Shown here: positions 19,455 to 28,559 of the stretch, in pieces
Numbering within the stretch: position 1 is the first letter of the stretch
Layout of the letters: each line of letters opens with the position of its first letter
Origin: an uncultured beta proteobacterium
Lineage (GTDB): Bacteria; Pseudomonadota; Gammaproteobacteria; Burkholderiales; SG8-39
Length of the DNA: 64,000 nt
Direction: 5' to 3'
Assembly (NCBI GenBank): GCA_903928055.1
Contig: CAIYPG010000118.1
Span: 84,097 to 148,096 of the forward strand
The notes under the pieces: model-generated
The model's input: only the letters and a program-made list of their open reading frames with translations
Told to the model about the DNA's origin: nothing
Database searches by the model: none
Translations under genes and position numbers: made by a program

Positions 19455-22357
19455 GCCGCCTGCCGCCCGTTTCCGGTGAATGGATACAACGTGACCGGAC
19501 CCTGGCTTTCACGTTTGAAGGCCGCCGCTATGCGGGCTTTCCCGGTGACACGATCACCAGCGCGCTGCTGGCCAGCGGCATCGATGTGCTGGGACGGAGT
19601 TTCAAATATCACCGCCCCCGCTCAGTCCTGTCCTTTGCAAACCACGATGCCAACATAATCGTGCAGCGGGGAACGACGCCCAACGTTCGTGCAGACATCA
19701 CCCCGCTCACCGATGGCATGGCACTCACGCCGGTAAACGTGCATGGCAGTCTGGCCCGAGACAAGGGCCGGCTGCTCGATCACCTGTCGCGATTCCTACC
19801 CGTCGGTTTCTACTACAAGGCGTTCCACACAAAACAATTATTCCCAAAATGGGAATCATTGATCCGATTCATAGGTGGTCTCGGAATAATTGATATCAAG
19901 GCTGAACGCCTAACCACCGCCAAGCGCTACGATTTCTGCGACGTGCTGGTGGTGGGCGCGGGTGCTTCCGGGTTGTCCGCTGCACTGGCTGCCGCAGAAG
20001 CCGGGGCCAGTGTCGTTGTCGTCGATGAAAATGCCCAGGCTGGCGGAAGCGCTGCCTATGGCCTGGCAGGCCAGCCCGCCGGTGACGCGTGGCAATCCCT
20101 GCGCGCACGCGCCGCGGCACATGCCTCGATCCAGATCCGGACAGCCACGACGGCAGCCGGCTACTACGCCGACCACTGGATTCCGCTGGTCGACGACGAA
20201 CGCATCACCAAGCTGCGTGCACGCGCCGTCATCATCTCCACCGGCGCCTACGAACAGCCTGCGGTGTTCCGCAACAATGACCTGCCCGGGGTGATGCTGG
20301 GCTCGGCCGCCCGGCGCCTGATCCATCGTTACGCAGTCAAGCCGTTCAATCGCGTCGTGGTGCTTGCCGCCAATGAAGACGGCTATCGTGCCGCGCTGGA
20401 TTTCCTCGCACATGGCATTGAAGTGGCGGCGCTTGTGGACCTCCGCGCCACTGCATTGCCCACTGAAAACACCCGGAAACTCGCCGCTTGCGGCATTCCC
20501 ATCCATACCGGTCATTGCATCCATGAAGCCAATGGCCTGGATCGCGTCAGCAGCATCGTCGCGGTCCCCTTTGATGATGGCTACACCGACCCCGGCCGTG
20601 CAATTCACATCGATTGCGACGGTGTCGCCATGAGCGTGGGTTGGGCACCAGCCGCTGCCCTGCTGTATCAGGCCGGCGCCGGCATGCGTTTTGACGAAGC
20701 CGTCGGTCAATTCGTGCCCGACCACCTGCCAAGCGGAATCTTTGCCGCCGGCCGGGTCAATGGCATCCACGGCATCGACAGAAAAATGGCCGATGGCGCG
20801 CATGCCGGCTTGGCCGCAGCCATGCACCTGGGTCTGGTTCCGCGACGCAATCTCCCAGCCGTTCCGCCGGAGACCACGTGCCACTCACACCCCTGGCCGG
20901 TTTTTGCCCACCCGCAGGGCAAGAACTTCGTCGATTTCGACGAAGACCTGCAGTTGAAGGATTTCGAAAACGCGGTGCAGGAAGGTTTCGACAACATCGA
21001 ACTCATGAAGCGCTACACCACGGCGGGCATGGGCCCGTCACAGGGCAAGCACTCCAGCATGAACGCCGTCCGCATCCTCGCCCGCCTGCGCGGCGAGCCG
21101 ATTGATGCCATCGGCACAACAACCTCGCGGCCGTTTTTTCATCCGGTGCCGCTGTCGCATCTGGCAGGGCGGGGCTTTGTTGCCGAGCGCGAAACGCCAT
21201 TGCATGGCCGCCACGTTGCAGCCGGCGCCGTGCTGATGCCGGCGGGCAACTGGCAGCGTCCCGAGTATTACGCCATCCGGGGACGGACCCGCGAGCAGGC
21301 AATATGCGGCGAAGCACTTGCCGTGCGCAAGGGCGCGGGCCTGATCGACGTCGGCACACTGGGCAAGATCGAAATCAGCGGACCGGATGCCGGTGCATTC
21401 CTTGAGCGTATCTACACCGGGCGCTTTGCAAACATGCGCCCCGGGACGACGCGATATGGCGTCATGCTGGACGAAGCAGCAGTCATCGTTGATGACGGCG
21501 TGGTGGCACGCCTCGATGAAGGCCGCTACTACTTCACCACCACGACTTCCGGCTCGGCCACGGTCTATCGCGAACTCGGCCGCCTGAACACGCTGTGGCG
21601 CATGAACTGCGGCATCGTCAATGTCACCGGACACAAGGCCGCACTGAACCTGGCCGGCCCGAATTCACGCAAATTGCTGCAGAGCCTGACGCATTCCGAT
21701 CTCAGCGAAGCGGCATTTCCCTACCTCGCCGCGCGCGAATTCGAGGTTGCCGGCATTGCGGCGCGCGTGCTGCGCATCGGCTTTGTCGGCGAGCTCGGCT
21801 ACGAAATCCATGTCCCTGCCGATCAGGGGGCGGTACTGTGGGATGCGCTGATGACTATCGGCAAATCCTTTGGCCTGCGACCATTCGGTGTCGAGGCACA
21901 GCGCCTGCTCCGCCTGGAGAAAGGCCACATCATCGTCAGCCAGGACACCGACGGCCTGACCACCCCGGACGAAGCTGCGGTCAGCTGGGCGGTGAAAATG
22001 GACAAGCCCTTTTTTGTCGGCCAGCGCAGCCTTGCCATCATCCGCAAGCAACCGCGCAGGCAGCAACTGGCGGGTTTCGAGCTGGAAGGTCCAGGCGCGG
22101 AAGGCGTGCGCGAATGCCATCTGATCATCACTGACGGCATTATTGCCGGCCGCGTGACCAGCGTGGCATGGAGTCCAACCCTGAACAAATACATCGGCCT
22201 GGCAATGCTTGCCACATCGCTTACGGCACAGGGCACGCCGTTCTGGATCCGGGCGAGTGGTGGCAGGATGGTCGCGGCACGCGTGGTACCGACGCCGTTT
22301 TACGACGCGGGCGGATTGCGACAAAAGCCGGTTCAGGCCATGGCGGAGGCGGCATGA
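19451..22357 (+). CDS. mgdC: Sarcosine oxidase alpha-like subunit (FAD/NAD and aminomethyltransferase-like folate domain)
   Basis: Starts MSRLPPVSGEWIQRDRTLAFTFEGRRYAGFPGDTITSALLASG, a 2Fe-2S-like N-terminus. It also has CDVLVVGAGASGLSAALAAA and a C-terminal GcvT-like domain. Its ATG overlaps the mgdB stop (ATGA at 19451-19454). The ORF-track start at 19292 lies inside mgdB. Confidence 0.85.
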   Translation: MSRLPPVSGEWIQRDRTLAFTFEGRRYAGFPGDTITSALLASGIDVLGRSFKYHRPRSVLSFANHDANIIVQRGTTPNVRADITPLTDGMALTPVNVHGSLARDKGRLLDHLSRFLPVGFYYKAFHTKQLFPKWESLIRFIGGLGIIDIKAERLTTAKRYDFCDVLVVGAGASGLSAALAAAEAGASVVVVDENAQAGGSAAYGLAGQPAGDAWQSLRARAAAHASIQIRTATTAAGYYADHWIPLVDDERITKLRARAVIISTGAYEQPAVFRNNDLPGVMLGSAARRLIHRYAVKPFNRVVVLAANEDGYRAALDFLAHGIEVAALVDLRATALPTENTRKLAACGIPIHTGHCIHEANGLDRVSSIVAVPFDDGYTDPGRAIHIDCDGVAMSVGWAPAAALLYQAGAGMRFDEAVGQFVPDHLPSGIFAAGRVNGIHGIDRKMADGAHAGLAAAMHLGLVPRRNLPAVPPETTCHSHPWPVFAHPQGKNFVDFDEDLQLKDFENAVQEGFDNIELMKRYTTAGMGPSQGKHSSMNAVRILARLRGEPIDAIGTTTSRPFFHPVPLSHLAGRGFVAERETPLHGRHVAAGAVLMPAGNWQRPEYYAIRGRTREQAICGEALAVRKGAGLIDVGTLGKIEISGPDAGAFLERIYTGRFANMRPGTTRYGVMLDEAAVIVDDGVVARLDEGRYYFTTTTSGSATVYRELGRLNTLWRMNCGIVNVTGHKAALNLAGPNSRKLLQSLTHSDLSEAAFPYLAAREFEVAGIAARVLRIGFVGELGYEIHVPADQGAVLWDALMTIGKSFGLRPFGVEAQRLLRLEKGHIIVSQDTDGLTTPDEAAVSWAVKMDKPFFVGQRSLAIIRKQPRRQQLAGFELEGPGAEGVRECHLIITDGIIAGRVTSVAWSPTLNKYIGLAMLATSLTAQGTPFWIRASGGRMVAARVVPTPFYDAGGLRQKPVQAMAEAA

Positions 22358-23049
22358 GGGCCAGCGCACTGCATGACCTTCATCTCGCCCGGGTGCCGGA
22401 TGGGGCAGGCTGGATTGCGGCTGCCGGCATGCCAATGCCTGCAGCATTTCCGAACGAAGGCGATCCAGCCACCCTGGCGCTGGCCGATGCATCGCACTGG
22501 CAGCGTGCCGGCGTGAAAGGTCCGGGTGCTGCTGCATTCCTTGAAGCGCTCGGATTGCCGGTGCCGGCGCAACCGAATCGCTGGACACCACTGCCGCGTG
22601 GCGGCCTGATCGCGCGGCTGGGGCTGACGGAATTCTTCATCGAGGATGCCGGTGCCATAGCCCGCCTGATCGCGAATGCACCCGCAACAATCGGCGTGTA
22701 TCCGGTACCCCGCGCCGACACCGCGCTGGTACTGACGGGGCGCGACGCAAACGAAGTATTGCTGCAAACCTGCAATATCAACTTCAAAGCTTTAGAACGG
22801 ATGGCAGGACAGCTTGCACTCACCTCCATGGCTGGCGTGGGGGTGTTGATCATTCCCCAACACGCCAAAAGCGGCGCCGACGACATACCGCTTTATCGCA
22901 TCTGGTGCGACCCGAGTTACGGGCCGTACCTTTATCGCACCCTGCTGGGCATCGTGGAAGAACTGGGCGGCGGACCCGTTGGAATGACGGGCCTTGACCA
23001 CCTGGCGCCATCGCCCTCCGACAACATCCAACCCACGGGGAATCCATGA
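22354..23049 (+). CDS. mgdD: Sarcosine oxidase gamma-like subunit
   Basis: 231 aa starting [11 protein letters not shown]. Its ATG overlaps the mgdC stop (ATGA at 22354-22357). Position and size fit SoxG/MgdD, but sequence conservation in this family is weak. Confidence 0.7.
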   Translation: MRASALHDLHLARVPDGAGWIAAAGMPMPAAFPNEGDPATLALADASHWQRAGVKGPGAAAFLEALGLPVPAQPNRWTPLPRGGLIARLGLTEFFIEDAGAIARLIANAPATIGVYPVPRADTALVLTGRDANEVLLQTCNINFKALERMAGQLALTSMAGVGVLIIPQHAKSGADDIPLYRIWCDPSYGPYLYRTLLGIVEELGGGPVGMTGLDHLAPSPSDNIQPTGNP

Positions 23050-24380
23050 CTCCAGCCGCCGCAAAAAAATACCTTGCCGACCACAAGCTGAAATACATCC
23101 TGGCCCAATTCGTCGACATCCACGGCGCGGCCAAGGCCAAGGCCGTCCCGGCCAGACACCTCGACATGGTGCTGAACGACGGCGCCGGGTTCGCCGGGTT
23201 CGCGGTCTGGGGCCTGGGGATGGGACCCCACGGCCCCGACTACATGGCCCGGGGCGATGCCACGACGCTTTCCGCCATCCCCTGGATGCCGGGCTATGCG
23301 CGCATGGCCTGCGACGGCTACGTGCACGGCAAACCCTACGAATACTGCTCGCGGGTCGTTCTCAAACGGCAGCTCGCCGCATTAAAGAAACGCGGCCTGA
23401 CGATGTACACCGGCATCGAACCCGAGTTCATGCTGCTGGCGCGCAAGGCCGACGGCGGCCTTGCGCCGGCGGACGACACCGACACGCTGGAAAAACCCTG
23501 CTACGACTACAAGGGCCTGGCGCGCTCGGCGGCCTTCCTGGAGAAACTGACCGAATCCCTGGTCGATGTCGGCATCGACGTCTACCAGATCGATCACGAA
23601 GACGCGAACGGCCAGTTCGAGGTGAATTTCACCTACGCCGATGCCCTGAAGACCGCCGACAACTTCGTGTTCTTCAAGATGGCAGCCTCCGAGATTGCAC
23701 GCAGCATGGGCCTGATCGCCACGCTCATGCCCAAGCCGTTTTCCAACCGCACCGGCACCGGCGCCCATTTCCACATTTCCATGGGCGACGCGAAATCGAA
23801 GAACATCTTTTACGACGCCAAGGACAAGAACGGCCTCGCGCTGTCGAAGACGGCCTACCACTTCCTCGCCGGGGTGCTGGCGCATGCGCGCGCACTGACC
23901 GCCATCGTTGCGCCCTCGATCAACTCCTACAAGCGCCTCGTTGTCGGTCGCGCGCTGTCCGGCGCAACCTGGGCACCGGCCTACATCACCTACGGTGACA
24001 ACAACCGCACCGCCTGCATCCGCATCCCCGGCGGGCGGCTGGAACTGCGACTGCCCGACGGTTCGTGCAATCCCTACCTTGCCACCGCGGCCATCCTCGC
24101 TGCCGGCATGGACGGCATTGACCGCAAACTCGATCCGGGCAAACCAGTCAGCGACAACCTGTACGAGTGGTCTCCGGAAAAACTCAAGAAGTCCGGCATC
24201 CAGCTCCTGCCGCAGAACCTCGCCGAAGCACTGGATGCATTTGAAGCGGACAAGGTATTGCGCGGCGCACTTGGCGAAGCGCTGTCGGCCGAATTCCTGA
24301 GCCTCAAGCGCATGGAGTGGATCGAATACTCGCGCCATGTTTCCGATTGGGAAACGTCGCGCTACCTGGAGTTCTTCTGA
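23046..24380 (+). CDS. gmaS: Glutamine-synthetase-like gamma-glutamylmethylamide synthetase
   Basis: 444 aa with a GS catalytic domain ([52 protein letters not shown]). It is embedded between mgd and mgs genes as in known NMG clusters. Its ATG overlaps the mgdD stop. Confidence 0.85.
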   Translation: MTPAAAKKYLADHKLKYILAQFVDIHGAAKAKAVPARHLDMVLNDGAGFAGFAVWGLGMGPHGPDYMARGDATTLSAIPWMPGYARMACDGYVHGKPYEYCSRVVLKRQLAALKKRGLTMYTGIEPEFMLLARKADGGLAPADDTDTLEKPCYDYKGLARSAAFLEKLTESLVDVGIDVYQIDHEDANGQFEVNFTYADALKTADNFVFFKMAASEIARSMGLIATLMPKPFSNRTGTGAHFHISMGDAKSKNIFYDAKDKNGLALSKTAYHFLAGVLAHARALTAIVAPSINSYKRLVVGRALSGATWAPAYITYGDNNRTACIRIPGGRLELRLPDGSCNPYLATAAILAAGMDGIDRKLDPGKPVSDNLYEWSPEKLKKSGIQLLPQNLAEALDAFEADKVLRGALGEALSAEFLSLKRMEWIEYSRHVSDWETSRYLEFF

Positions 24381-25279
24381 TGTGCGGCATTGTCGGACTG
24401 CTGATCAAGAAGCCGGGGATGCGCAGCCAGCTTGGCGCATGGATGCTGCCCATGCTGGTCGGCATGACCGAACGCGGCCCGGATTCGGCCGGCATGGCCG
24501 TGTTCACCGAACCGCTGGGCGGCGACCGGCGCAAGTACAGCCTTTATTCAGGTACCGGCACGTTCGAATGGGGCGCCCTATGTCGTGCCGCCACCACCGG
24601 CCTGGGCGCGGACAGTACGCTGAGCGTCAAGGCCAACCACGCCATACTCGAGACATCGGCGGATCCCGCCAAGGTACGCACATGGATAAAGGCGGCCTTT
24701 CCGGCGCTGCATGTGTTATCGGCGGGACGCGCCATTGACCTGTACAAGGACACCGGACGCCCCGCGGAAGTGGCCGAGCGCTACGATTTCAAGAAGCTGT
24801 CGGGCACCCATCTTGTCGGGCACACACGCATGGCCACCGAGTCTGCGGTCACCCCGGCGCATGCCCACCCGTTCACCGCCGGCGAGGATTTCTGCCTGGT
24901 GCACAACGGGTCACTGTCCAACCCCTACTCGATACGTCGCAAGCTCGAACCGCTGGGCATTGCCTTTGACACCGACAATGATACTGAGGCGGCCTGCCGC
25001 TTTCTGGAGTGGCGCATGCGTGAAGGCGATTCACTGGAGGCGGCGCTGCAAAGCGGCTTTGACGAGCTGGATGGCTTCTACACCTTCCTGATGGGCACCG
25101 GAAATGAACTGGCGCTGGTGCGCGACGCCTTTGCCTGCAAACCCGCAGTCATTGCCGAGACCGATGAATACGTCGCCATCTCCTCCGAGTTCCGCTCGCT
25201 GGCCAAACTGCCCGACATCAGGAACGCAAAGATCTTCGAACCCAAGCCAGAGGAGATGTACGTATGGCGAGCCTCATGA
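24380..25279 (+). CDS. mgsA: N-methylglutamate synthase subunit A (class-II glutamine amidotransferase)
   Basis: Starts MCGIVGLL, the Ntn-type catalytic Cys2, and overlaps the gmaS stop in TGATG. The ORF-track start at 24317 lies inside gmaS. Confidence 0.85.
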   Translation: MCGIVGLLIKKPGMRSQLGAWMLPMLVGMTERGPDSAGMAVFTEPLGGDRRKYSLYSGTGTFEWGALCRAATTGLGADSTLSVKANHAILETSADPAKVRTWIKAAFPALHVLSAGRAIDLYKDTGRPAEVAERYDFKKLSGTHLVGHTRMATESAVTPAHAHPFTAGEDFCLVHNGSLSNPYSIRRKLEPLGIAFDTDNDTEAACRFLEWRMREGDSLEAALQSGFDELDGFYTFLMGTGNELALVRDAFACKPAVIAETDEYVAISSEFRSLAKLPDIRNAKIFEPKPEEMYVWRAS

Positions 25280-25983
25280 ACGCAATGGTCGACACCCCCG
25301 CCATCGGGGCCACGTTTGACCTTGCCACTCAGCCCCTGCGCGAGTTGAACCGATTCCTGCATCGCGACCTTGCCGGCACAAGGGCCGTGCGCGTGCTCAA
25401 TCCGGACGGCGCCCACAACATCGCGGTCGGGGTCGATGCGCCGGTGGATGTCGACATCGACGGACATGCCGGCTATTACGCCGGCGGAATGAACAAGCAG
25501 GCGCACATCACCATCCACGGCAACACCGGGCCGGGGGTGGGTGAGGGCATGTCCTCCGGCGCCATCCACGTCAAGGGCTTCGCATCGGTTGCCGCCGGCG
25601 CCTCTGCGCATGGCGGCCTGCTGGTCATCGACGGCGACGCCTCACTGCGCTGCGGGATTTCGATGAAGGGCATCGACATTGTCGTCGGCGGCTCGGTCGG
25701 CGATTACTCCGCTTTCATGGCACAAGCGGGCACGCTGGTGATCTGCGGCGATGCCGGCGACGGCCTCGGTGACTCATTGTACGAAGCGGTGATCTACGTG
25801 CGCGGCAGCGTCAAATCTTTCGGTGCGGACGCCCATGAAGAGCCCATGAGCGAAGCGGATATTGCCGCTCTCGGCGCATTGCTGAAGGCCGCCGGCATGT
25901 CGCATGACCCGAAAACCTTTCGCCGCGTCGCCTCGATGCGCGGCCTGTATCACTGGAACGCCGACGCCAATCAGGAATACTGA
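25276..25983 (+). CDS. mgsB: N-methylglutamate synthase subunit B (GXGXG-motif, GltB C-terminal-like domain)
   Basis: Repeated GxGxG beta-helix pattern (GHAGYYAGGMN, IHGNTGPGVGEGM, VKGFASVAAGASAHGG, VVGGSVGDY, ICGDAGDGLGDS). The ATG at 25276 overlaps the mgsA stop (ATGA); ATG 25264 is an alternative start. Confidence 0.8.
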   Translation: MNAMVDTPAIGATFDLATQPLRELNRFLHRDLAGTRAVRVLNPDGAHNIAVGVDAPVDVDIDGHAGYYAGGMNKQAHITIHGNTGPGVGEGMSSGAIHVKGFASVAAGASAHGGLLVIDGDASLRCGISMKGIDIVVGGSVGDYSAFMAQAGTLVICGDAGDGLGDSLYEAVIYVRGSVKSFGADAHEEPMSEADIAALGALLKAAGMSHDPKTFRRVASMRGLYHWNADANQEY

Positions 25984-26013
25984 CCAAGCGTACTGAACAG
26001 GAAACATCCCAAC

Positions 26014-27369
26014 ATGAACAAACCCGTCGAATTCCACAAGTGCATGCAGCTCGAAGAGAGCTGGGGCTACGATCGCAAGACGCTTGACTACATCCACAAT
26101 GCATCGGCCCACGGCCTGTATGAAATCCGCGGCCTGGGTGCCAAGCGCCGGGTGCCGCATTTCGACGACCTGGTTTTTCTCGGTGCCTCGCTGTCGCGCT
26201 ATGCGCTGGAAGGCTATCGTGAGCGCTGCGACACCAGGACCGTGCTCGGCACGCGCTTCGCCTCCAAACCAATCGAGCTGGCCATCCCCATCACGATCGC
26301 CGGCATGAGCTTCGGCGCGCTCTCGGCCAACGTGAAGGAAGCACTGGGACGCGCCGCGACCGACATGGGCACCTCGACCACCACCGGCGATGGCGGCATG
26401 ACCCGGGAGGAACGGCAGTCCTCGAAGACGCTGATCTACCAGTGCCTGCCCTCGCGCTACGGGTTCAATCCGGACGATGTGCGTCGCGCCGACGCGATTG
26501 AAGTGGTCATCGGCCAGGGCGCCAAACCGGGCGGTGGCGGCATGCTGCTCGGCCAGAAGGTCAATCCGCGCGTGGCGAAGATGCGCACCCTTCCTGAAGG
26601 CGTGGACCAGCGCTCGGCCTGCCGCCATCCTGACTGGACCGGGCCCGATGACCTCACGATCAAGATCCAGGAACTGCGCGAAATCACCGACTGGGAGAAA
26701 CCCATCTACGTGAAGGTCGGCGCCACGCGCACGCTGCATGACGTGAAGCTCGCCGTGCACGCCGGCGCCGATGTCATCGTGGTCGACGGCATGCAGGGCG
26801 GCACGGCCGCGACGCAGACCGTGTTCATCGAGCATGTGGGCATTCCCACGCTCGCCGCCGTGCGCCAGGCGGTGCAGGCGCTGGAAGAACTCAACATGAA
26901 GGACACCGTGCAACTCATCGTGTCCGGCGGCATACGCACCGGCGCCGATGTGGCCAAGGCGCTGGCCATGGGCGCGGATGCGGTGGCGATCGGGCAGGGC
27001 GTGCTGATGGCGCTGGGCTGCAACCATGACAGTTACTTCCAGAACGGCGCGCAGCATTCCGCAGTCGAGGATTACGCGGCGCTCGGCACCGCGCCCGGCT
27101 ACTGCCACCACTGCCACACCGGCAAATGTCCGGTGGGCGTCACCACGCAGGACGCCGTCCTGGAGCAGCGACTCGATCCTGCAGTCGGCGCCCGGCATGT
27201 GCGCAACTACCTCAAGACTCTGAACATGGAGCTCACCACGATCGCGCGGGCCTGCGGCAAGCAGGATGTGCATCACCTGGAACGCGAGGATCTCGTGGCG
27301 CTGACAGTGGAGGCCGCAGCCATGGCGGGACAGCCGCTGGCCGGCACGGATTGGGTGCCCGGACGCTGA
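26014..27369 (+). CDS. mgsC: N-methylglutamate synthase subunit C (FMN-binding glutamate-synthase-family protein)
   Basis: 451 aa with a GltB FMN-domain pattern: PITIAGMSFGALS, VIGQGAKPGGGG, DVIVVDGMQGGTAA and SGGIRTGADVAKALAMGADAV. Confidence 0.85.
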   Translation: MNKPVEFHKCMQLEESWGYDRKTLDYIHNASAHGLYEIRGLGAKRRVPHFDDLVFLGASLSRYALEGYRERCDTRTVLGTRFASKPIELAIPITIAGMSFGALSANVKEALGRAATDMGTSTTTGDGGMTREERQSSKTLIYQCLPSRYGFNPDDVRRADAIEVVIGQGAKPGGGGMLLGQKVNPRVAKMRTLPEGVDQRSACRHPDWTGPDDLTIKIQELREITDWEKPIYVKVGATRTLHDVKLAVHAGADVIVVDGMQGGTAATQTVFIEHVGIPTLAAVRQAVQALEELNMKDTVQLIVSGGIRTGADVAKALAMGADAVAIGQGVLMALGCNHDSYFQNGAQHSAVEDYAALGTAPGYCHHCHTGKCPVGVTTQDAVLEQRLDPAVGARHVRNYLKTLNMELTTIARACGKQDVHHLEREDLVALTVEAAAMAGQPLAGTDWVPGR

Positions 27370-27431
27370 TTTGTGACGGGCAGAAATACACCGGATTTGT
27401 GTACGGCAGCCACCGATGAGAAAATGCGGGG

Positions 27432-28136
27432 ATGAGCTACGTCATCCCGGTCTGGAACATCCCCTCCCTGCCCGTTGTCGGCACGACAGCGCGCTTTCCG
27501 GTTCGCCGCGTATTCTGCGTCGGCCGCAACTATGTCGAGCACCAGAAGGAAATGGGCGGCGATGGCCGCGAGCAGCCGTTCTTCTTCGCCAAGGCACCGC
27601 ACGACGTCGCGCCGGTTGAGGCCGGCGCCCAGGGTGCGGTCCATTACCCGCCCATGAGTTCGGATTACCACTGGGAAACCGAAATGGTGGTGGCCATTGG
27701 CAAAGGCGGTTACCGGATTTCTGCCGACAAGGGCAACGAACATGTGTACGGCTACGGCATCGGCCTGGACATGACCCGCCGTGACCTGCAGCAGGTGGGC
27801 AAGGACAAGGGCCGGCCCTGGACCTTCGGCAAGGACTTCGATCAGGCCGCCCCAATGGGCCCGCTCACGCCGGCTTCAAGCTTCGGCCACCCAACCAAAG
27901 CGGCGCTGAAGCTCACGGTGAATGGCCAGGTGAAGCAGGACTCCAACATCGACCAGATGATCTGGAGCGTGCCCGAGCAGATCGCCTTCCTGTCGCAGCA
28001 TTACACACTGGAACCCGGCGACCTCATCATGACGGGCACCCCGTCAGGCGTCGGCGCGGCCAGGGTCGGCGACGATCTGGTTGCAACCATTGCCGGATTG
28101 ACCGAACTCAAGGTCAGGATACTGCCTCCGCTGTAG
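27432..28136 (+). CDS. Fumarylacetoacetate hydrolase (FAH) family protein
   Basis: 234 aa: RVFCVGRNYVEHQKEMG, ETEMVVAIGKGG, GYGIGLDMTRRDLQ and PGDLIMTGTPSGVG. Confidence 0.85.
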   Translation: MSYVIPVWNIPSLPVVGTTARFPVRRVFCVGRNYVEHQKEMGGDGREQPFFFAKAPHDVAPVEAGAQGAVHYPPMSSDYHWETEMVVAIGKGGYRISADKGNEHVYGYGIGLDMTRRDLQQVGKDKGRPWTFGKDFDQAAPMGPLTPASSFGHPTKAALKLTVNGQVKQDSNIDQMIWSVPEQIAFLSQHYTLEPGDLIMTGTPSGVGAARVGDDLVATIAGLTELKVRILPPL

Positions 28137-28240
28137 CGCGGCCCTGCGCGGCGACATGCTGCCGCGATGATGCTGGAGATTGCCTGATAACATCGGCGCT
28201 CAATCGCACCATCGTCCGGCGTGGCCGGGGAGAGGACAGG

Positions 28241-28516
28241 ATGCAGGTCTTGGTTACCGGAGGTGCCGGTTTCATCGGCTCACACAGCGTTGAGGCATTG
28301 CCGGCAAACGGCGACAGCGTAGCAGTGCTCGACAATTTCTCGGCCGGCAAACGATCCAATCTGCCGTCGCATCCCGGGCTGCGGATTGTCGAAGGAGACA
28401 TCCGCGAATCCCGCATGTCACCCCTGCGCCAGGAAGAATGGCTCAGTGATCGTCCTGCAACCCGGCTTGACCAGCGCCTTGGGAAACTGCTTGCCGAGCC
28501 CGGTCCCGCGACCTGA
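28241..28516 (+). pseudogene. N-terminal fragment of an NAD-dependent sugar epimerase/dehydratase (pelX-like?)
   Basis: The first ~57 codons, MQVLVTGGAGFIGSHSVEALPANGDSVAVLDNFSAGKRSNLPSHPGLRIVEGDIRE, form a textbook SDR Rossmann start with an intact SD (GGAGAGG). After that the similarity is lost and the frame stops at 91 aa. No catalytic YxxxK region follows in any frame. Confidence 0.55.
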
Positions 28517-28559
28517 CCCGGCATCACGGCAGACAGATCCCTTGCCGGCACGCCCAAAC

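Noticed and set aside
28386-28559. N-terminal 58-codon extension of the PelA-like ORF given in the ORF track
   Set aside because: The extension overlaps the epimerase fragment in another frame and is Pro/Ser/Arg-rich. The ATG at 28560 is followed immediately by a canonical signal peptide.
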